From Geotalea daltonii FRC-32 (GTDB lineage Bacteria; Desulfobacterota; Desulfuromonadia; Geobacterales; Geobacteraceae): a stretch of DNA of 32,000 bases. The stretch spans positions 1,680,001-1,712,000 of the forward strand of contig NC_011979.1 in NCBI RefSeq assembly GCF_000022265.1, read 5' to 3'. This document shows positions 10,594-17,422 of this stretch, in pieces. The notes beneath the pieces are model-generated. The model saw only the letters and a program-made list of their open reading frames with translations, did no database searches and had not been told where the DNA came from. Both the position numbers and the translations under genes were made by a program. Each line of letters starts with the position of its first letter. Position 1 is the first letter of the stretch.

Positions 10594-10609
10594 AGCACTA
10601 ATTATGCCA
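10594..10609 (-). promoter_or_regulatory. candidate sigma-54 (-24/-12) promoter
   Basis: The minus strand reads TGGCATAATTAGTGCT. GG and GC have exactly the canonical spacing (TGGCAC-N5-TTGCW). It sits in the intergenic gap upstream of an operon that itself encodes a sigma-54 activator. Confidence 0.4.
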
Positions 10610-10683
10610 AGAGCAAGGTGTGAATTGTTGGAGTGTTTAGAGGAATGGATTTGCGGGAGTTGTGATTTAACGGATGGAGGCTG

Positions 10684-11652
10684 CTATTTGACGCGAGTCA
10701 GGACGTAATCCGCCAAGTCAAAAAGCGCAGCTTTTTCAGTTGACTCAGGGAACACATTGAGGTGGCCTTTGCAACGGTTGACGTACTCGTTGGCAACGGC
10801 AATTGTATGTTTTATCCCATCATATTTCCCCACCAAATCAAAGACAGTTGAAAAGTCCTGGTCTTCGAGAATATCTTTTTCGATTATCGTCCCGATCTGA
10901 CTTCTTTCCTCTGCAGTACATTGCCTGAGGGTATGAATCAGGGGGAGGGTTATTTTGCCCTCTTCAAGATCGTGACCGATACTTTTGCCAAACTGCTCTT
11001 CACTGGCAACATAGTCGAGGGTGTCATCCATGAGTTGAAAGGCAATTCCAAGGTCCATGCCGAATTCCTGCAGTGCGGTTTCATGCTGGGAAGACGCCTG
11101 GCCGAGAATGGCCCCGGATTGACACGCTGCCGATAGGAGAATGGCCGTCTTTGCCTTTACCACCTCTATGTATCTTTCCAGGGTCAGGTCCAGATCGCTG
11201 GTACAGATCAGCTGCAGCACTTCGCCTTCGGCAATAATTGTTGTAGCGCCAGAAAGCACCTTCAGTATTTTCAGGTCGCCATCGGCAACCATCAAGGAGA
11301 ATGATTTTGAAAAAAGAAAATCGCCGACCAGAACTGAGGCCTCATTGCCCCACAATGTATTAGCTGAAGCTATGCCGCGGCGGAGATTGGCGTTGTCGAC
11401 AACATCGTCGTGGAGAAGGGTTGCGGTGTGGATAAATTCTATGACACTGGCCAGGGCAACATTCCTGTTGCCGGTGTAGCCACATAATTTTGCAGAAAGC
11501 AATAACAGCGCTGGTCGGATCCTTTTGCCGCCACTGGCAAGAACGTATTCGCCCACCTTGCGAATCAGCGGTACATCCGAATGAAGATCCTTCTTGAACT
11601 GTAGCTCTACGTTTGTAAGATCTTCCCCAATAAGGGCAAGTGCTGCTTCCAT
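10684..11652 (-). CDS. ispB: trans-polyprenyl diphosphate synthase (octaprenyl/heptaprenyl type)
   Basis: 322 aa with the two aspartate-rich motifs LLHDDVVD and FQLMDDTLD. Length and N-terminus are typical of long-chain IspB-type enzymes. Confidence 0.75.
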   Translation of the reverse strand: MEAALALIGEDLTNVELQFKKDLHSDVPLIRKVGEYVLASGGKRIRPALLLLSAKLCGYTGNRNVALASVIEFIHTATLLHDDVVDNANLRRGIASANTLWGNEASVLVGDFLFSKSFSLMVADGDLKILKVLSGATTIIAEGEVLQLICTSDLDLTLERYIEVVKAKTAILLSAACQSGAILGQASSQHETALQEFGMDLGIAFQLMDDTLDYVASEEQFGKSIGHDLEEGKITLPLIHTLRQCTAEERSQIGTIIEKDILEDQDFSTVFDLVGKYDGIKHTIAVANEYVNRCKGHLNVFPESTEKAALFDLADYVLTRVK

Positions 11653-11827
11653 TGCCAGACCTCTACTGAATTTTGGCCAATACTATAGGAAAGACTTAAC
11701 TGTTGTCAAAGCTTTTCTGGTCAGCGCCTTGTCAGATGTAAGCAGAAAGAGACTTCATTTATGTTGATTTTTACATACTCTTGCACTAACATTCCCGTGC
11801 TGTTAATCAACCCCGGCGAGAGAACCT

Positions 11828-12799
11828 TTGGCAAATTTTTCACCCCATATACTAGTGGTCGACGATTCCCCTTCCTTTCAGAAAATGGTCTACGGGCTCC
11901 TGTTGAAGAAGGGTTATCGGGTTACCTGCGCCTCATCCGGGGAGGAAGCCGTCAGGCTTTTTCGGGCTGAGGAATTCAACATGGTGTTGACTGACATCAT
12001 GTTGCCGGGCATGAGTGGCTTGAACATGCTTAAACTGGCAAAGGAAATGAAACCGGAGATAGATGTGGTGATCATTTCCAGCAATGCATCATCTTTTACT
12101 GCCATTAAGGCCTTGAGGCTTGGTGCCTACGACTATATCGTCAAGCCCATTGATGATGAGGCCATTCTCTACAATGTTGTAGCCAGGACCATGGAAAAAC
12201 AATCGCTGACCGTTGAAAACCGGCGATTGATCCGTGACCTTTCAGAAAAGAACCATGCCCTGGAAGAAACGCTGCAGATGATGACTACACTAAACAGTGC
12301 CTGTGCCGCTCTGGCTTCGACTACGGATATTGGTACAATTTTGCGGAAACTGGTGGAGAGTGCGGTTGCACAGTTGAAGGCAGAAAAGGGTTATCTTTTG
12401 CTACTGGATAAATCAGGAATGAAATTTTCTATGAAGGTCTGTGTCGGCATCGATCACAATTTGGCAAAGACTTTCAGTATGCAGAAAGATCAGGGTATAT
12501 CAGGTCTTGTCGCTGCCGATAATAAACCGTTGTCAATTGAGTCCGATATACCCGCTTCTCTTACTGTAAGGCTTCTTGAGGAAGACACCTGTGGAGATCT
12601 TTTCAGCACACCGGGAATACTGTCGGTGCCACTGCAGATAAAGGACCGTGTCGTGGGGGTGGTCAACATCTCCGGGCGCCCCGGAGGCAAAATGTTTACC
12701 GACACGGAGGTAGATTTCGTTACGACCCTTGCAACTTACGCAGCCATTGCCCTTGATAATGCAGGCACCTGTTATCGCCTCAGAAAAAACGGAATTTGA
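11828..12799 (+). CDS. response regulator with REC and GAF domains and no recognisable output domain
   Basis: The receiver reads ILVVDDSP ... VLTDIMLPGMSG ... DYIVKP. After a linker comes a GAF-like C-terminus (GYLLLLDKSG ... GISG ... PLQIKDRVVGVVNI). TTG is the only in-frame start ahead of the receiver. Confidence 0.75.
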   Translation: MANFSPHILVVDDSPSFQKMVYGLLLKKGYRVTCASSGEEAVRLFRAEEFNMVLTDIMLPGMSGLNMLKLAKEMKPEIDVVIISSNASSFTAIKALRLGAYDYIVKPIDDEAILYNVVARTMEKQSLTVENRRLIRDLSEKNHALEETLQMMTTLNSACAALASTTDIGTILRKLVESAVAQLKAEKGYLLLLDKSGMKFSMKVCVGIDHNLAKTFSMQKDQGISGLVAADNKPLSIESDIPASLTVRLLEEDTCGDLFSTPGILSVPLQIKDRVVGVVNISGRPGGKMFTDTEVDFVTTLATYAAIALDNAGTCYRLRKNGI

Positions 12800-12821
12800 T
12801 CCCTGTTGCATCAGGTATTAC

Positions 12822-14825
12822 TCATGGCGTGTGTGCCACGACAATAGCGTTCCTGCCGCTAGTCTTTGCCTGATATAAAGCCACATCTGCAGCATGAACC
12901 AGTGACGTGAACGTGTGTCCGTCTTCCGGGAAAGAAGCAACGCCGATACTAGTCGTAAGCCTCCCCAATGGAAGATTTTCTTCTTCCGGAAAAGCCTCCT
13001 TTTCAATTCCTGCGCGGATCCGCTCTGCTACCGCCAAAGACTCTGTTTTTGAAGTGCCGGGTAAAATGGCGCAGAATTCTTCACCTCCATAGCGTGCTAC
13101 GATATCCATGTCCCTGACCGATGCCCTGATTATGGCAGCTGTCTTTCTCAACGCCTCATCACCGGCAATGTGGCCGCATAGGTCATTGTAAATCTTGAAA
13201 TGATCCAGATCTATGAACAGTATTGTCAAATTCAATTTTTGACGAATACTACGATTAAGCTCTTCTTCAATACGGTTTTTGAGGAAGCGGCGGTTATAAA
13301 GACCGGTTAAGGCATCAGTTACGGCCATTTTTTCGAAAATGACTGATTCCTCAATAACCAGAGTTCTTTCAATCATCAGAGAAGCAAGATTGGCAAAAGA
13401 GGTGAGAAGGTTTTTGTCAGATTCCGTGAAGGCTGCCATATCTTCCTTATCGGATAGATTCAGCACCCCGATGGTCTTGTCCTTAAGCTTCAACGGAATG
13501 CAGATGAGGGATTTGGACTTGAATCGTGGCCTGTTCCTGATGCCTATCCTGCTGTCTTTTTCGATGTCATCGACCAAAAGCGGGATGCCGGTCTTGGCCA
13601 CCTTGCCGGCTATCCCTCTACCTACCTTGACAGTCATGCACTGGGCGAGATGCAGGCTCATCCCCATGGTATAAACAATATGCAAGCTTTCCCCGCTTTT
13701 ATCCATCATCATAATTGATCCCTGGGTGGCATTTAGCAGGTCAGCTGCCAGTTCCAGTATAGTCTTGTAGAGTTCATCTTTATTTTCCGCGAACAGCAAT
13801 GTATTGGTAACGGACAAAAGCTTGTTCGACAGGGCGTTCAGTTGCAGGTGTTCTGCCTCATTTTTCAGGTGTCTTATCTTGGCAGCTATCCTGGCGGCTA
13901 TTAACTCAACCAATAAAACATCCACTGAATGTGGCGCGCTGTCAAAAACAGAAATAAAGCCCAGATGGCTTCCTTCGGCTTTCAAAGGGAAAAAGATCAC
14001 TTGCTCGGCTGTTATACCTGTGAATATTGCTGCTGCTTCTTCTTCAAATCTCAGGGTTTTTCTGCTTCTGTCTCTGGTTAAAAACGATTTTATTTTTGTC
14101 TCAGGTATGTCGTGAATTTTCTCCAGTCCCAGTTTACCGACAATTGAGTAGCATTCTTTGTCCATGTCCAGTAACGCCAGAGCGACCTTGGGAAAGTCGA
14201 AGACAAAGCCGAGAAGGTCTGTAGAAAAAGATACGAGTTCATCGGTTGATTGCAGGTCATCGAGTTGTTCAAGCAGGCCGACTACTATGGACAGACGGCT
14301 TACAGTCTGATCATAAAGGGACTTATACAGTCTTTCGACCTGCAATGATGGCAAAATCTCATGAATCTGTTCTGCAACCCCTTCCAGTTCATGGATCGTC
14401 GCTACTGGTAATTTTTCAAGCTGATTAAGAAGGGAAAATACATCAACTTTATCAGCCCGTGAAAGTCTTTCCAGTTGCCAAAAGTCAATCAGTTTGTCTC
14501 TTACACCGTTGCCCACCAGGCAGAAGTCCGTACCGCCAATGTCAAAGGACACAACAAAACTTAAAAATCCTCCGTTGTATCTGTAAACAGCTGTTTTCTT
14601 TGTCTGTAGATCGGGCTTTAGCGGACTGCCAAAGAAGTTAAGGCCGATTTCATTGCTGAGAGCATCATGCACTATAGAGCCGCAGGGTTCAAACTGACAA
14701 GTCCCATTCGTTGAAGAGGTTTTACTTCGAGAATAAAGGTTGAGATTGTACTGGGCAAGGAATGGATAGCTTTTAAGTTTTGCCAGCAATTCAGCCGGTG
14801 GTGCTTTTTGAGCTTTTTCTTCCAT
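12822..14825 (-). CDS. diguanylate cyclase: N-terminal Cys-containing sensor domain + GAF + GGDEF (intact GGEEF and RxxD I-site)
   Basis: The C-terminus reads DALTGLYNRRFL ... FIDLDHFKIYNDLCGHIAGDEAL ... RDMDIVARYGGEEFCAILPG. The GAF segment includes QGSIMMMDKSGESL ... IPLKLKDKTIGVLNLSD. I prefer ATG 14825 (preceded by GGAGAG) over the track's TTG at 14921. Confidence 0.85.
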   Translation of the reverse strand: MEEKAQKAPPAELLAKLKSYPFLAQYNLNLYSRSKTSSTNGTCQFEPCGSIVHDALSNEIGLNFFGSPLKPDLQTKKTAVYRYNGGFLSFVVSFDIGGTDFCLVGNGVRDKLIDFWQLERLSRADKVDVFSLLNQLEKLPVATIHELEGVAEQIHEILPSLQVERLYKSLYDQTVSRLSIVVGLLEQLDDLQSTDELVSFSTDLLGFVFDFPKVALALLDMDKECYSIVGKLGLEKIHDIPETKIKSFLTRDRSRKTLRFEEEAAAIFTGITAEQVIFFPLKAEGSHLGFISVFDSAPHSVDVLLVELIAARIAAKIRHLKNEAEHLQLNALSNKLLSVTNTLLFAENKDELYKTILELAADLLNATQGSIMMMDKSGESLHIVYTMGMSLHLAQCMTVKVGRGIAGKVAKTGIPLLVDDIEKDSRIGIRNRPRFKSKSLICIPLKLKDKTIGVLNLSDKEDMAAFTESDKNLLTSFANLASLMIERTLVIEESVIFEKMAVTDALTGLYNRRFLKNRIEEELNRSIRQKLNLTILFIDLDHFKIYNDLCGHIAGDEALRKTAAIIRASVRDMDIVARYGGEEFCAILPGTSKTESLAVAERIRAGIEKEAFPEEENLPLGRLTTSIGVASFPEDGHTFTSLVHAADVALYQAKTSGRNAIVVAHTP

Positions 14826-14943
14826 GGCCGAAGCTCTCCGATAATACTTAGGTGTACCACAGCTTGTGAAATCGGTTTTGTCAGAGGTATTAGCGGTATT
14901 TACATAATCAATGCCGAACAATTATTACACGGTGATTTTTGGG

Positions 14944-14972
14944 TTGCATCGTCATGGGGAACAGATTATAAA
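14944..14972 (+). promoter_or_regulatory. candidate sigma-70 promoter for the HTH/S24-like gene
   Basis: TTGCAT-17 nt-TATAAA, about 80 nt upstream of ATG 15054, whose RBS is GAGGGAGGG. Confidence 0.35.
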
Positions 14973-14999
14973 TATTGCTATGAGGTGCCATTCTGCCTG

Positions 15000-15029
15000 A
15001 GTATATTAACTGAGAGATATGCTTGTCAA
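15000..15029 (-). promoter_or_regulatory. candidate sigma-70 promoter for the diguanylate cyclase gene
   Basis: The minus strand reads TTGACA-18 nt-TATACT. The -35 is consensus and the -10 is near-consensus. Confidence 0.45.
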
Positions 15030-15053
15030 GACATTGTAAGTTAGAGGGAGGGT

Positions 15054-15683
15054 ATGTCTGAAAAGGAAATGAATTGCCGGATGGGCTTGCGCATCAAGGA
15101 AATACGGCAGGCCAAAGACATGACCCAGAAAGAATTTGCCGATTCACTGGGGATCGTTCAAGGTTTCCTTAGTGGTGTCGAAAGGGGTAAAAAAAACGTT
15201 TCCGACACCTTAATCATTGCTTTATGCCATTCATATGGAATTAATAAAGAATGGCTCAAGACTGGATATGGGGAGAAATTCCGTGAACTGCAAATAGAGG
15301 CGTCACGCCCATCAAATGTGCCACTTTTTAAAAAAATACCCCAAGATTTTCCGCATTTTTTCGTGAAGGAAGATATTTGCGACTATCTTTCCTTGCCACA
15401 AGGGGCGGAAGGGTCGTATGCCATTTTTTCGGTAGGAGATTTCATGGCGCCCACCATCTGTGATGGTGATCTGGTCGTAATCTCTACAGAGTGCGAGATC
15501 GAAAACAGGGATATTGTTCTGGTTAATAATCGATGGGGTGAAGCTATCCTGAGACGTTACAGAATAGTTGATTCAGATGTATTCCTGTCGCCGGACAATC
15601 GTGCTTATGTTCCTTTCAAGAAGGACAGCAAGCTGAAAATGCTCGGCAAAGTGGTTGATGTATGGCGGAGAATTAAATTGTAA
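15054..15683 (+). CDS. XRE-family HTH repressor with a LexA/CI-type S24-like C-terminal domain in which the catalytic Ser/Lys dyad is substituted
   Basis: The N-terminal HTH reads LRIKEIRQAKDMTQKEFADSLGIVQGFLSGVERGKKN. The C-terminal S24-like segment is FSVGDFMAPTICDGDLVVI ... EAILRRYR. Confidence 0.8.
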   Translation: MSEKEMNCRMGLRIKEIRQAKDMTQKEFADSLGIVQGFLSGVERGKKNVSDTLIIALCHSYGINKEWLKTGYGEKFRELQIEASRPSNVPLFKKIPQDFPHFFVKEDICDYLSLPQGAEGSYAIFSVGDFMAPTICDGDLVVISTECEIENRDIVLVNNRWGEAILRRYRIVDSDVFLSPDNRAYVPFKKDSKLKMLGKVVDVWRRIKL

Positions 15684-15783
15684 TAAGTTGTTATCGGAAA
15701 TAATTATTGATTATTGCAAGGCTCGCGGCAATGCGTCCTGTCCGGAGCTTCCAAGTCAACCTTCAGCAGTTTGCCATATGAAT

Positions 15784-15813
15784 AAAAAAACCTCGCAAAG
15801 CGAGGTTTTTTTT
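15784..15813. terminator. bidirectional rho-independent terminator between convergent genes
   Basis: AAAAAAA-CCTCGC-AAA-GCGAGG-TTTTTTTT. A perfect 6-bp GC stem is flanked by an A-run and a T-run, so it can serve both the HTH gene (+) and csp (-). Confidence 0.8.
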
Positions 15814-15838
15814 CGTCTTAAATCTATATGGGTCTACC

Positions 15839-16039
15839 TTAGATTTTTTTGACGTTTGCTGCCTGCAAGCCTTTGGGACCATTGGTGACATCGAAGGATA
15901 CTGCTTCACCTTCGGCAAGTGACTTAAAGCCTTCTCCCACAATGGCAGAAAAGTGTACAAATACATCTTCCCCATTGTCTTGCTCGATGAAGCCGAATCC
16001 CTTCGCATCGTTAAACCATTTTACTTTGCCCTGTGCCAT
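15839..16039 (-). CDS. cspA: cold-shock protein, CspA family
   Basis: 66 aa, [33 protein letters not shown], containing the RNP1 (KGFGFI) and RNP2 (VFVHF) motifs. Confidence 0.93.
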   Translation of the reverse strand: MAQGKVKWFNDAKGFGFIEQDNGEDVFVHFSAIVGEGFKSLAEGEAVSFDVTNGPKGLQAANVKKI

Positions 16040-16184
16040 TTTTACTGCCTCCTTTTGTTGCCTCCGGGTCTCTGCCGGATCATGTTAATACTGCAGTTTC
16101 CGGAGTCTTGGGCAGGAAAACGTCAAAGTCAGATGCTTTGTGTTTCCATTGATTAACGAACTTCCGAAACTTGCCGCCTTGTAA

Positions 16185-16213
16185 TAATTAACAGCATGTA
16201 ATTACTTTGTCAA
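16185..16213 (-). promoter_or_regulatory. candidate sigma-70 promoter of csp, implying a 5' leader of ~135-140 nt
   Basis: The minus strand reads TTGACA-17 nt-TAATTA. Long 5' UTRs are typical of cspA-type genes. Confidence 0.5.
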
Positions 16214-16240
16214 GAGCTTTACCGTCATTGCCTTCAATTT

Positions 16241-17317
16241 TTAGAACATATTTATTCTGCCTATGAACGCCATAAGCAGACCATAATGCTGATGGTCGAA
16301 CTGAAGAGCTATGCGTGGCAAATCAAGAAGATCAGGTTCATCCTGTTCTTCCTGCAGCGGTGCTGTTGAAATAATTTTAGTGCCTGAATTGTGCAACTCC
16401 GGGAATTCTTTTTCCAGCTCGTCTATGTTTGCTCTGGAAAGTTCCTTGTTAAGCCTGATAATCAATCTTCTATTTACAAATCTCAAGGAATGGTAGTTGC
16501 GATAAAAATCTTCAATTACCTTTACAGCCTCTTTTTCACTACGGGTGATGGTGAAAATAGAGAAATCTTCAGCAGAGATAAAGCCTCTGCCCAGCATGCG
16601 TTCTTTTATAAATATAAACCATTGTTCCCAGTAACCGTCATCATCATCAATGAGAACAAGGGGTTTTGGTGAGGTCTTACCGGTCTGAATAAGGGTGAAT
16701 ACCTCCATTGCCTCGTCCAGTGTACCGAATCCCCCGGGAAAAACGGCGATAGCGTCTGCCTCCTTGACAAAAGCGACTTTACGATTGAAAAAGTATTTGT
16801 AGGTAATCAGACGTGGGTTGGCAAGCATGAAGGGGTTCGGTGCCTGTTCGAAAGGAAGCCTGATGTTTACCGCAAAGGAGCTTTCGCTGCCGGCGCCTTC
16901 GTTGCCGGCCTGCATGATGCCGGGACCGCCGCCGGTAATAATCATGTAGCCTTTGTCGGCCAGCAGCCTGCTGAATCTGACACACTTCTGGTAAGCTTCT
17001 TCCTGCGGTTCTGTTCGGGCTGAGCCGAAAATAGTGACCTTGGTTCTGTGCCGGTAAGGCGAGAACACTTTGTTGGTGTAACGCATCTCCTTCATGGTGT
17101 TACTGAGAAGTTTCAGGTCGGCCAGGTAATCAGTATCCTGGCCGGCTTTTAGCGCTGAGATAATCATTTCACGTACAAGTTCCTGATGATGAACTCCACC
17201 GGCTTTTCCGATGAGAGAGTCTATTGCTTCATCTATTTCCTTGTTCGTCCTGTTAAAACTAAGTTGCATATTAAAAATCCTCTCAAATTGATGCAATATA
17301 TCATTTGATGACATCAT
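16241..17317 (-). CDS. LOG/TIGR00730-family nucleotide 5'-monophosphate nucleosidase-like protein (PpnN-like, with N- and C-terminal extensions)
   Basis: It has the motifs GGGPGIMQAGNEGA and PGGFGTLDE. The start is uncertain (TTG 17344, ATG 17317, or ATG 17269, which is preceded by GAGAGG). Confidence 0.7.
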   Translation of the reverse strand: MMSSNDILHQFERIFNMQLSFNRTNKEIDEAIDSLIGKAGGVHHQELVREMIISALKAGQDTDYLADLKLLSNTMKEMRYTNKVFSPYRHRTKVTIFGSARTEPQEEAYQKCVRFSRLLADKGYMIITGGGPGIMQAGNEGAGSESSFAVNIRLPFEQAPNPFMLANPRLITYKYFFNRKVAFVKEADAIAVFPGGFGTLDEAMEVFTLIQTGKTSPKPLVLIDDDDGYWEQWFIFIKERMLGRGFISAEDFSIFTITRSEKEAVKVIEDFYRNYHSLRFVNRRLIIRLNKELSRANIDELEKEFPELHNSGTKIISTAPLQEEQDEPDLLDLPRIALQFDHQHYGLLMAFIGRINMF

Positions 17318-17422
17318 AGGCAAATGTTTACTATTATTGAACAAATATTAAATTGATTTGTCTGGTGGATTTGTTTACATTACCACGCAATAGAACCCAA
17401 TTAAGGAAAGGATGCATTTTAT

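Noticed and set aside
14975-14990. A possible sigma-54 promoter on the minus strand (TGGCAC-CTCAT-AGCAA) upstream of the diguanylate cyclase gene.
   Set aside because: The GC of the -12 element is one position out of register with the canonical TGGCAC-N5-TTGC spacing, and the TTGC is replaced by AGCA. A good sigma-70 promoter explains the region better.
15655-15852. The 65-aa ORF in the gap between the HTH gene and csp.
   Set aside because: It overlaps the end of the HTH gene, runs straight through the bidirectional terminator hairpin, has no RBS, and has an implausible composition.
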